Positions 49,582-63,200 of a stretch of DNA of 64,000 nucleotides are shown in pieces (positions within the stretch are counted from its first letter, which is position 1; each line of letters starts with the position of its first letter). The notes below the pieces were generated by a model. It ran no database searches. It was not told the DNA's origin and saw only the letters and a list, made by a program, of their open reading frames with translations. This DNA is from Hydrurus foetidus (Eukaryota), in the NCBI GenBank assembly GCA_900617105.1, contig UYFQ01000373.1, positions 62,001 through 126,000 on the forward strand, in the 5' to 3' direction. The position numbers and the translations under genes were made by a program.

Positions 49582-51189
49582 ATGTCAACTCTCTTCGTGG
49601 AACTGTTGAGCTCCTCAGGTCAGTAATGGAAAATCATTTTAGAAGTTTGCGGTATTCTTTATAGGCACCATCACATTTTGCGGTTGTGAAGACGTTTAAA
49701 GATAATCAGCTGTCAAATATGATTCTCAGAATTGGAGTTTCAGCTCCTTGTAGACAATTGAGAGCAAGCAGCAATACAGAATCTTGTCTGTAAGAGGGTT
49801 GTTGGCAGCCAGTAGGGCACTTTTATTCGATGTGGGAGAACGTTCTATCAATACTCGGAATTCTGAAATACTTTCATAGACATGAAGTCCTGCATGTTCT
49901 TGCAACGAAGTCTTCCAGTACCTCCATTAACTGCCATGAATTGCGATGAATAACTAGGAATTGACATTACTTCTGGTGGGGTGCTGTGTGAAGAGCCTAG
50001 GAGAGCTATTAGGAAACTTGAATCGAACATTCGTCTTCAGAACAGCAGAATTAAAGAAATTCTCGATGGACTGGAATCTTATCTTGATTCTTCAATAGAA
50101 CAAGTACGTCATTATGAAGAATGTTCTTTACTGCTTTCTTATGAAATCGAATCTTTGAATTTGTGTGCCATCTCGTATTCATGTATTCTTGACTCTATGT
50201 TGGAGACGGATTCGTAAGAAATCCAGGGCACTTTAACATGTCATTCTGCATCATTTTATTCTGCGTTGCAATACCTTACATCATATCATCCTGTAAAATA
50301 TCACATCAATATGTGGCAGTACATATCATGATACATTACATCATGCAGTGAACGATGTAAGAATTATATCACTTCATATAAAGTCATGCTATACTATCAG
50401 ATGTTATCTTCAGTTCTTCTATTTCAAGATCTTATTATAGTATTTTATGTGGGACAAATGTTTCATGAATCGGTTATGCATTTTAACGGTTTTTGCATAT
50501 TTTCACTGTTCTAATTTTACGTAACGTAGTGTTGGATAACGTATGATATTTCGCATTTGGGAAATAAATCCCGTCACATCACTATTAATTTTGAATTTAA
50601 CCACATTTTTATTTTGAAATTGGATTGGGATTATATGACGACAATTTTGTTCTTATTATGAAAATCACAATCATCCATTTTATCAATTCTGTTATGCAGG
50701 CGCTTTCTTCAGTCTTCTCAGCAAATCAATTCACTGAACAGCAATCATCAAATACACTGAATCAGCATCAATATTTCGGAATATCAAAAAACGAAACTTT
50801 TTTAAAATTACTACTAAGGCTTCAAACAATTCAGTCAAAAGTTTTTAGTCTTTTAGCCCAGAAATTAGTACAGCATTCTATGAATAATAAAGATGAAAAT
50901 TATGAAATTGCGAAATCTATATTACATCATATGAGTTACTGCGAAGTGGTCTATAGTCCTAGATATCTGATGTTGTTATTGTTTGATATCGTGGCTATTA
51001 TTCCATTTAAAATGCAGCTTGAAGTTATCACCACTCTACCAGGTAAATTAAAAAATAGAACTGCTGTCTTTTGAAAAGTGTCATTGTGAGTATTTGCTAT
51101 TCTACATGCATACTCACTCGCTGACATACACTCACTCTCACACCATCACACTGAAACATACTCCCTCCCTCCCTCCCTTTCTTCCTCCC

Positions 51190-51246
<57 letters not shown>

Positions 51247-51248
51247 TA

Positions 51249-51294
<46 letters not shown>

Positions 51295-54200
51295 TCATCT
51301 CTCTCTCTCTCTCTCTCTCTCTCACTCAGCTTAGAGCCTATATCATCATTACCCTATTTGACTTCTTTTTATCGTCATTTTCGCCTATTCCCTTTTGTCT
51401 TACAACTAAATGAAATAAATCAAAACTAAAAAAGCGAAATGTGAGAAAATTGTAAAAAAGGAAGATAAAATGTAAATAGGTTTGACGTCTGACAGAGATC
51501 ACGCAGAATTGGTCGAGAAAATGTTGGCACTGCTACAGTCAAATCCAGGCACGTACTGTTAATATTTTTTGTTTTCATCATTATTTATCATTTTTTATCA
51601 TTGTTTTTTTGTGTTTATTGTTGTTTATTAGAACACATTGTTCTATTTGTACTAATATCTCATTAATCGTTAGTGTTGAAAAAGTTGATAGGGTTCGTGA
51701 CGAGAACGAAAAAAGAAAAAGTGATATCGAAAGATTTACCGAATTCTCATTCTCATATTGTTTATTTCTTATTTGCTTCTTTGACTCAGATCTTATCGGG
51801 TGTATACTCGACACAATCTCCAACCTTTGCCTTCCCTCAACTTCAACTTCAATGAAAAACGTTCTGCACACCACACACGAAATTCTCGGAACTGCCCAGT
51901 CCAATTTTCTTCCAATTCTTACACGGTTTTTGTTGGAGACCTCGGACCTTGACACCGTAGATTCCGTACTTACTGGTGTACGTGAAAAATTAGAAGAATT
52001 TTTACTGTCTTTTCAAGGTAATAAAAATATTTATTTTATATGAAATTTTCAGATCAATCCGAAACATTTTTTATTCATGTTGCTTGTTGATGTCTAATAG
52101 AAATGCCTAATTTTATTTTATTACAAAAAAATGTGATATAATTGTCATTCTTTTTGTTGCTCTTTTACCATTTTTGTTTCCGTTTTCTGCAGTTGCTGTT
52201 TTTGCCATTCTAGCCTAATCTAAAACGAATATCCCTGAGCTCAAAGCTCCTCATTTATTCCAGATCCACGTTTAATCGGGACCCACTCCTATACACGACA
52301 AATAACTGACCGTACTGTTTTCAGTTTTCAGTACGGTACAGTAAATTATCGTGCATAGGGGTGGGTTCACATTAAACGTGGAGCCTTGATTTCTCAATTA
52401 TTCATTTTTGATTACTCACGATTTAATTATTTATTAGTCTCAAATAATTTATTTTTTTTATTTTTTTTTATTTTTAGTCTCAAGAATTTATTTAATTAAA
52501 TATTTTCTCTTTAGGGCTTGAACATGAAGACAGAATGGCGCACTTAAATTCCCAAGCGCTATTGGTAGGAATAGTAAAAACGTCATTCCAAAATCGACCA
52601 GTACTATTCAATTCTTTCTACACATCAATTGATAATAATACTGAAATTAATTCTATGGGAATTATTGATTTGTGGATTTTATTTTCATTATCTGGAATTT
52701 TGAAAAATCGGTCTAAGATCCACACAATATTGGCGAAAAAATATTTGAATAAATCTTTAACAAGCGTAACACTTAATGCTGCGATTTCCGGATACGGAAT
52801 TGCTCTGGAATCCGTGTTTTCATCAATGCTAACATTAGGTAAATTCGTGATTAGATTTTTACTGTTTTTTATTAGGTATTTGATTCATGATTTTTGCTCT
52901 GGATTTTACTTTTCTAACCCGCGCGTTTTTCCCTGATAAAAGTAATAATCAATTATTTTCCTTTCTATTCCTTTCCTTTTCTTTCGATAGTTAAAGTTTT
53001 ATTCTGCCCTAACTTCATTCCTACCTTCTCTCTGCCTCTCCTTCTACTCATCTCTATCTCCATCTAACCTCTGCTCAACACCTTTTCTTCATATACACTC
53101 ACTTCTCTTTTTATTCATCTTTCTCATCCATACTGGTCGCAACATCACATTTCCTTCCCTTCCTTCCCCTCTTTTCTTTTTTCCTCTGTCTCTTTCTTCC
53201 CACCTTCGTCTTCTCTGTCTCTTTCTTCTTCTTTTCCTTCCTTCCTTTCCTCCTTCCTTCCTTTCCACCCTCCCTCCCTCCCTCCACTCATCACCCCATA
53301 CTACCTCTTCCCTCCCTCTTACCTCCCTCTTACCTTGTCCAACACCATCCAAGAACTCTACACCACCTCCCGCCCTCCCTCTCTCCCTCTCACTCTTTCA
53401 CCCCACACTACCTCAATCTCTCCCTCAGCTCAGAGCGCTCTTTCTTCCTCTCGCATTGGGGTCGTGGGTTCGACTCTCCAACTTTTGGGGAAAGATTTAT
53501 ATAAATTATTATATGGAGAATTTTCATCGGCTATGATGAGGTATTAATTGAATTATTGCGATTGCTTTCCTTCGTATTTTTGTGTTTTTCGTGTTTTAGT
53601 GTTTTAGTGTCTTTTCTGTTCTATCTTCTGCACTGTTAACATTTCTTCACCATTTATTGCAGCATTTGAATTGTTAGACGTCCTGTGTTTTATTGTTCAT
53701 TTTTTTATTTTGCGATCATATTGTCGAGGTCACAAATAAACAGGAATACCATTTTTTAGTACTCAAATATGACTGCTGAGAAGAACGATTCTCACTCTAT
53801 ATTCGTCAATTATGCTTCAAGAAAATCCTCAATTGTGCTGTTTTATTTTGACTCCAACAATATTTATTTGATGAATTGAGTCGCTGTGTTATTAACGATT
53901 ACGGCTTTGGGTAATGATTGCTTGCACAATTTCTGGATTCTGAGCGGTGTGTTACAGTTTTTACGCTGTTACATCATTGCTAGATTCGTAATTTATGTCT
54001 CATCTCGAATTCTCACTTCATTTCTTATTAATGATTTTCATTTTTCTCATTTTCCTCACTTTTTTCATTTTCTGCTTCCTCCTTTCGTAAAATTAGACAA
54101 GATGTGGTCGCGAATTTAGTAATTCATTCTTGCTCGCCCAGTACGATAGAGGTGAATCACGCACTGAATATTTTATCGGATATTTCAGATTTAGAGACAA

Positions 54201-57200
54201 AGTTCGAGGAGAGAGCTAGATCAAATGAAATTAGAAAAAGAAATCGGAAAAAAAAGAATTTGCTCTTGGATAATGATATTAATAATAACAATAACAATAA
54301 TGATAATATTAATAAAATTGAAAAAAATGTAACGCTTCGTAATTTTGTCAGTTTTTTAAAAACTTTACTGGAAGATGTGAGTGTTTTGAATGAACAGCAT
54401 CTAAGAGTAATATTCAAATTGCTATTTCAATCAACGTGCATTGCTGAAGAAAAAACAATCGATAACAATAATATCAATAACATCATAAATAAAAACGGTA
54501 AAAACGAAATCCGTGTTTGGACATTTAGTCCTCCTGATGACGTTATGATTTTACTGAAAAAATTCTCCAGTTCCGTTAACGTTAAATTCCGGCGAATTGC
54601 GGCCGTAGGTTACGTTTCTTATTTATCTCAACTACGGCTATTTTGTCAAAGTGTATTAAGGTTTGTATCTATTTTCGTTTTCATTTTTATTTTTGCTAGA
54701 TAAATATTCTGAAGTTTGTAATAAATTGTGTAATTTTTTTTTTATACCTTTGTTTTCAGTTAATTTATTTGTATATTTATTTGTTTACTACTTTTCTTCA
54801 ATTTACTACTTGTTTAGCAGACTTATTTGACTTGCTGGTGTAATTTTATTTTCTGATAGCATTACCGTAAAAAAATGTGTCCAATAACACTCAATCGTTG
54901 TTACAATGCAGAGGATGTTGGGAATCTCTCATCTGAATACTATAGAGAGAAATTTGTAAAAAACTTATTTATCTTACTCTCGTACTTATTGAACAGTGAG
55001 GACGAACCAAAAATATTTGAAGTACGAAACAGTCAGGGAATTGAAGATAATACTAAAAATAATACCATCAATGATAGTGAGAATGTAAGACAAGAAATTG
55101 AAAATGAAAATGAAGATGAAGATGAAAAGGATGGAGAAGATTTAAAATTGCTGCATTTTTTGATTGAAAGTGTAGCGAATGATCACAGAGGATTAGTGTT
55201 TTTGGTAAGTACGAAAAAACATATGATTTTCTGTATGCAAGTACGAAGATTTCCTTTTTTTATCCTCATTCCTTTTTTACTAATATTGCTGACACTTTTT
55301 ACACCACACTTTTCATCACCTTTTTTCTGCACGAAATACCACGTCTAATAGGTGATTTTTCAAAAAAATATTATCATCATCTCTAACTTTAACTTTCCTC
55401 ACTTTCTTTTTTCAAGTTTGACGAAATATCAAGAACTGTTTTAAACGGAAAAACGGATTCTGAAAACACCACATCCTTAAATGGCATAAATTCAGTAAGA
55501 AAGGAAAATGCATTAAATGATAAATTTTTATTATCTTTGATTAACATTTTGGAAGAGGATGTGTATCAAGCTATAGGTAAGAATTATATGATTAATTTAT
55601 TTTTAAGCTAGTATTTGATGAAAAATTCAAAAAGTGATTTTCATTCATTATTCATACATACCTTTATGTTTATCACATGAAATTATTTTGTCTTATTTGA
55701 CCACTTCAATCTCCGCGTTTTATTTATTTGTTTTTTTCTCCGCGTTGTGATATTATTATGACGATATGTCTACGCCAATAATTGTAGGTTTCGACTATCA
55801 GACCGTACGTGACAGTGCAGAAGAAATACTAACGATCCAAAAAATGGAAAAGTTGCAAAGAAGAAACGGTAAGATGTAGAGACACTGGAAAATGTGTCAG
55901 ATTTTTTATCCTTTAAAACACCAGCCATTGCGCTATTTTGTAGAGATAAAGTGTTTTTTCACTCAAGAATTTTTTTATTCGTCTTCTAAATCTGAAAATT
56001 TGTACTTCGTATTCTGTACACTGTATTTTGTATTTTGTATCAGACGGCCAAAGCGGTGGATTACTGAGAGCAGAATTATTGTGTGGTGTAAATTTAGTGC
56101 CACCAAAAAGAGTCGATAAGAGACGAAATAAGGCCAATAGAAATGGGAGGGAAATAACGGAATTGAGTTCTCAAATTGAAAATACAAATAAGGAACAAAT
56201 TGAACTTGATGAAGATAGAAACGAAGAAAAAGATGATGGAAAAAACAGTCCTAAAATTGATTCTTTAATTGAAAAAGAGATGGATGTCGAGGAAAGAGAA
56301 GTGGAGCAGGAAAACGAAAATGAAGAAAATTTCGTATTTATTCGTTTATTAAGTTGTGTTCAGAAATATGTAGTGGAGGAACGAAAATACGAAAATAATG
56401 ATGACATTATCACACAAAAATACGGAAATAGAGATTACAACGGAATTAGAGATCAAGAGACTTCTTCATCTTCTTCCTCTTCTTCTTCTTCACACCACAC
56501 AAATTCTCTACCTCTTTCTCTACCTCGAATATCACCCCACACGGCACCTCTTCTAGCTCCCTCCCTGAATCTTCTCCTGCGATGTCACAAACTTTGTCAC
56601 GGAGACCTAAAGGGATTGGGATTGCTTTTATCAGCACCATTGGTACGTACGTACGTACATTCAGATACATACTCTGTACGAGCAGTACATACGTACATAT
56701 ATACATATATACATATTGGCGAATCCGTGATTTTCTCCAGAGGGATTTTCTCTTTCAACACTTCTCTTCCTGGAGGTTTTTCACCTCCCATAGGGATCAT
56801 TTTGGCTGTGTGGGGAATTTTTTGTGTGGGGAAAGTCCCCACACAGCCAAAGGGGCAAGAAAATCTCTGGAAAGAGATAATTTCCTACAAGAGAGAAAAT
56901 CTCTGTGAAGAAAATTTGACGGATTTGCCGTTTAGTTTTCACCTCAACAAGAGGTACATGTACTACGCCCGCAGAATAAAAGTAACACTTTCGCACTGAA
57001 AAAACGTCTGATGAGGGGGAGGTGCACACCGGAAAAGTACACAAAAAATGAAAAATTAAACCAATTTTCATTTTTCTGTGGACTTTTTGTATATGATAGT
57101 CCTGAAAGTGCTATTGTTGTGCACCCTCCCCTGTGCAGGATTACCGTTTCGAAGTGCTACTTTTATTCTGCGGTCGTAATATATGTGTACTTTCGTATAT

Positions 57201-60200
57201 CGTATACATCACTCAGATCATTTAGCGTCACATTACATCATATCGTATTATGTATGTGTGTATTAATTCTGCTACATGAATGACAAGAGAGCGAGAAAAC
57301 TGTTTTTTACATCGCACATCGTACTCTTCTACTCGCATGACATATTCTCTTTTTATTTCCATTTCGTGCAGGAGCTACCTAATGAGGACAACATCGATTG
57401 CATCGAAGATTACGACGAACAAGCTAGAATAATCGTGTGCTACACTTTGCTGTATGCGGTACGTACGTACGTGCAATATTTGAAATGTTTCTTTTAGCAT
57501 ATGGACTCATTTTATGCATGCGATATTTATTTAATTCCAAATGTTGTTAGAATGATTTTTTCGGGTCAATTTATCGTCTCACTGTTCTTTTGAACAGAAT
57601 CAGTGATTTCTTTAGTTGTTTGTTTCTTTGGTTGGCCGGTTGGTTAGTTGACTTGGTTGATGATACTCCCTCGGAATAAAATGATCGTTTCTTGTCTGAT
57701 TCTCGACACCGGAGGGCGGTACAACAATACACTTTCAGGACTATTCTAGACGAAAAGTCCACAGAAAAATGATAAATGTGTGTGTGGGCTCAAAATTTTC
57801 GATTTTTTGTGTATTTTTTCGGCGTGCGCCCCCCCCCTCCCTCCCTCCCTCACCAGAGTGATTTTGTGAGAGAGTAAAAGTAAAGATCATTTTGTTCTGC
57901 GGGCGTAACAGTATGTTTGTCTATTCGCCTGCTAATGCAATTGTTAATCGCTTCTCCGTCTTCCAGTACGGATGTTGCTATCATTTTTATTACATGTATT
58001 TCACCATTTTTCTTGAATCGGTGTTGAAGTTAATCTGTCTCACTTTAATTGTTATTCGAATACTTTTGTTAGGTTGACTGGCAAAGAGAAATAATAAACG
58101 AATTTATAAAAGAAAAAAACAAAAATAATGATGTTAATTCTTCTTACTACGATACCTTAAACGGATTACTAATTTTCCGTATAAATAAATTGGTAGAAAT
58201 GGAAGACTTATTAGTGGTGACAGCAAAAAGATATTTACCATTTTTAGAAAAAATATTAAATGAAAGTGATGAAAATGAAATTAATAACGATAAAAATGGA
58301 GACATAAATAACAGAAACAACAGCAACAAAATTTCAAATTTGAAATTATTGGCACGATTTAAATCTGGAAAAAAAAATAAAAAAGTGGTAAATTCTAATG
58401 CGGAAAATGAAGAGTGTAGTTCTCTTGAAGTGGACGAGGTACGTACGTACATTCGTACGCACAATTTGTTGACACATATCAGACATAAAGCACTAACAAA
58501 ATTAAATTAAAATTAAAATTAAAATTAAACTAAAATCAATCTTTTGTAGGTGATAGCAGTGTTAGAAAAAGTGTTGCGTCCTCTCTCACCTTTGGCAGGA
58601 GTGATACTGGGATACGGGATGACGCCTACCGTATATACGGCCAACAATTTAAATTATTCTGATTTCGTACTGACACAAGGTACGTTCTTTTCTATTTTTC
58701 TTTTTTCTTTTTTTTCTCTCTATTTGCTTTTTTTTTTTTTGATGATGTGAATTTTAATGTGCGCGTGCGATGTAATTGCAAAATAGGACGAAATAAATGA
58801 ACCTACCATCTTCTTTATCCTTATGATTATACGTGAAATACATATTAGTGATAAATAGTTATCAAGTGAATTAGTAAAAAGTGATTGCTGAGTAGACCGT
58901 TCCTTACGGAATGAGTTCTGGGATTTTTATTTGGAATTTTACAAGAACTTTGCGTTTGCAGAAGTAGAGTTCTAAGAACATAAATTTGAAAACCGGATCC
59001 CAGATCCCAGAACTCGCACTATACGAAATAAGAAATAAGAAAGAAGAAAGAAGAAAGAAGATACGGTCCTAGATGGATAACTGAATGAATGGATTCGAGT
59101 CATTTTGTGTGCCTAATTTCTATCGAAGTTTGATTGCCGTGAATTATATGATCAGTATCATCTACAATAATTCCGATAATTATTATTACTATTATTATCA
59201 TTATTATTATTATCATTACATTATTATCATTACATCAGTAATATTTTATGTTTATGTTTTGTGATGATATAACATGCTAGGCGGTAAAAGTCAACTAACC
59301 GCAAACAACAATAAAAACAAAAATTCCTGGACACAAAAAACGGCAACAGCTATCAGTCAAGGTAATCAAATAAATGAATATATAGTCGGACATTAATTGT
59401 GTCAATTAAGTGTAATTTTTCTCTTTTTTCTGTTTTTTTTGTTTTGTAACTTTTGTTTTATGTTGCTCATATTTTATGCATGTTCGTTCATTTATGTTTT
59501 GTTGCGTTTAATGTTGTATGTGAGGTGATGTGAAGTGATGTGATGTGGTGTGATGTGATGTGATGTAAGGTGATGTGGTGTGATGTATTGCACTGTATTG
59601 TATTGTATTTCACTGTATTGTATTGCATTGTGTTATATTGCATTGTATTGTATTGCACTATTTCATATTGTATTGTATTGTACTATATTGTATTGTGTTG
59701 CACTGTATTGTATTGCACTGTATTGTATTGCACTGTATTGTGTTGCACTGTATTGTATTGCATTGCACTGTATTGTATTGTATTGTACTGTACTGTATTT
59801 CACTGTATTGTATTGCACTGTATTGTACCTCTTTCGTCGTGACATTGTGATCCACATGTTTCCCAACTATCTGCCTGATCTCTCATCAAATTATTTACAA
59901 CGAAATCAATCCCTATCATATTTCTCTCAATGTCATTTTTTTCAGTACCTCACACCTACTCGCAGCACGTACGTACGGATCGAGAAGAATTACACACGTA
60001 CGTTATGCAAAGTACTTACACACACACACACTTATATTGGCATTTTAAATGCGATAAAGACAATCACTTTTTAGATTAATTAAATTTAAATACAATTACG
60101 TCAATGAATACATAAATCGCAGCATCAAGTTTATGATTTTTTCATGAAATTTGAAAAAATTTTTCTGTAAGTATTTTCTGACTAATTCTAGTTACCCCTT

Positions 60201-63200
60201 CTTAACAATACAGTCAGAGTACGTACGCAATAAAAGAAAAAGTCGTCGTACTTACGCAAGGGGCGATACAAAGAATTTTATCACTTGCCGAAAAACACAT
60301 AAAACATCTTGTAGAAAAAGCAAAATCACCATTTTCAATGACGGACTTAAATGCGAGCCAAAATAGTGCTAAATTAGCGCCTTTTTCGCTGCCTTTTTAC
60401 ATTTCTGAATTACGAGAGAAAAAAGTTTTTTCCTCACTTGGAATGATAATTTTGAATTTTTCGAGAATTTTAAATTTTTCGAAAAAAAGAAAATTCAGCG
60501 CTGGGAAAAGAATAAATTCACAAAATACTGTACGTACAAACTTCCGAATTGTTGAATTATTCAGATAACTGGTGACTTTTAATGTGATCAAAATTTCTCT
60601 ATGTTTTACTGTACTTTCTTCCTCCTTTCTCGCTTTTCTTTAATGGAGTATTTGAGTATTTATTATCTATCGGAAATAAATGGTATTACATTGCCATCCT
60701 TTGTAATCAGCGCTCTCTTGTTTCACAGTTATTTTCTAATTTAAATTTTTGCTTGTGTATTTTTGTACAGGCTGGAAGTAGTCATGAAAAGAAGAAAAAG
60801 AAAAAATCCGCTGATAATGAAAAAAATGGTAAAAAAAACGAAAATGACGAAAATGACGGAAATGAAGATAGTGATAAATCTAATAATGAGAGTGAAGATG
60901 AAGAAGAAGATGAAGAAGATAGGAATGAAAATGACAACCCCATTGACTGGCTGCCAACAGTATCTCAAATTCAAGCAATATTTTTGCCACTTATTCTTTC
61001 AGAGGTTCGAAAATCTCATTTAACAATTTTTCTTTCATTTTACTCTTCACTAATTTGCTTATTTAATTCCTTTTTCTTCTCCGATTTTTATTTTCTTTGT
61101 AACGAATACCATCATTCAACATACTCTTTTACGAGTGCTGATTTTTGCATTCACTTTAAAACTCACTTCTCACTTTTTCTATCCCTTTTTTTCTTTTCTT
61201 TCCTTTTTCTTTTCTTTCTTTAATCTTTACAGGTGCGCATTTATTCCGTTTCCTCATTTAGATCTGAATATTTAACAATTTCCTTCAGCGTCCTAATAAT
61301 CAGTATTATAATCAACTTCAAGTGTTTGTAAATCCATTCCCAAGAGTACTGTTTATTATACCGTTCCTTACGGTACGAGTTGTGGGATCTGATTTTTCAA
61401 AATTCTCAGAATTCGACTGACTTCTAAAAAAGCAAAATTCTGAAAAATGAAAAAACCAGATCCCAGAACTCAGACCATAAGGAACGGTCTCACGGTCAAA
61501 ACTGGAATGGGCAATTAATTTATTTCTTGTATTTTTTTTAATACCACCAATATGATACCAAAAATAATTACACAATATTTTTCGTAGCGCTCATCATTTC
61601 TTTTCAAAAAATTTCATTTTCCAGGATTTGTTGACTTATGCGATTTCGAATTTTTCAAGAGAAAATCAAAACGGTGATTTAGACTGTACAGAAAATAACG
61701 GAAATTACGCTGAAAACGGTGATTCTGACCGGGTTAATAATAATGAAGAATCTTCACTGTTTTCACAGATTTTATTCAACAGCCAATCTGTCTATCCAAA
61801 TGTGATAAATGAGTCACAGAAAGGGGAACTAAAAATTCACACTCCTCTACTAATTCAGGTACAAATGAGAACTATTTAATTTGCATCTACCCCATTACCT
61901 TTCGTTATTCTATTCTGTTTTTCTATCCTTTATTCCATTGTATCTATACTTATTTTCTAATTCATCTTACTTTGTTTTACCCTATTCTGTTTTATTATTA
62001 TTTTTACATTATTCTGTATTATCCCATTCTCATCCTTTCTACTGTGTGATCAGTATTAGTAACTCAACATTTATTTTGCGACTCGTTTATCTTTTTCCAT
62101 TCTATCCTTCTCAAATCGTGTCCACTCCTGCGTCCTCTTCTTTTTTTCATTTATTCTTTATTGTAAATACTTAATTACAGCATCTTTTTTCCATCTCAGT
62201 AAAATTGCATTTATTGTTTTTTGACCAATCTCATTATTCACCACTTGTCTCATTTTCTACCTCACTCTCTCATTCTCTAACTCTTTCTATCTTTCTCTAC
62301 CTCTTTTCCTACCTCATTCTCTACCCTTTTCTCTCTACCTTTTTTAACTTCACAGATTCTCTCTGACATCGCTGGAATGGAACACGACTCTACTACTAAT
62401 TATTATTTGAAAAAAGAATCACTTATTGAGTTGTGTGTGTGCGGTGTTTTTGATTTGTGCGTAGGCATCGTACAACGGTTGGCCTCACCTAAAATGATCG
62501 ATATTGCTGTAGGTAAGAAACTCGAGAAAGCTTTTGATCGTGTGTTGAAATTGTCTGTAAATTGGCATTTTATTTGCTTTGCTGTGCTTTACCTTGTTTC
62601 GAAATGATTTATCTTTTTTTTTGATTTTCTTGATTTTTTTGCATTTCGGCTCTTCTTCTTCATATGAATTTTTTCGTTCAACAACATAATTCATTCTTTT
62701 TTGACACGACATTTGTTTTTCATGGCAGGCTTTGTGATGATATTGGATCGTTGCATAGAACTATTAATCGCATTTGAAAATGAATTAAGAAAAAACGAAA
62801 AAAATGAAGATGGGGAAGATGAAGAAGCAGATATGGAAGTGGAAATGGGGACAGCGCAAGCCAATGCAAGCACTGAAAAGAACTTCGAGAATAGCACTGG
62901 AGTAGAAAACGAGAGAGCAGGAGGCAGAGGAGGTAAAAATAAAAAGAACAATAAAAATAGATTGAAAGCTGGCGATCGCATTCTCGAATGTCGCAAAGAA
63001 TATTCAGGTAAAGTGTTACGCCTTTTCTATTGTTTTTAAGTGTCGCAGTTTCTTTTTTTATTTACTGTTTACATCCCGCTCTTTTTTTATTTTCGTACTT
63101 TTTATTTTTTTCCTTGCGATTTTTTTGCCATTTCTTCCACGATATTTTCAGATCGGTTACACGGTTTGTGCGAGTCTCTACTTCGGAGAAATTGGACCAG

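Noticed and set aside
59570..60074. Cys/Tyr-rich repeat ORFs (YCIVL...) in several frames
   Set aside because: They are translations of a pentamer microsatellite inside a FANCD2 intron, open on both strands for compositional reasons.
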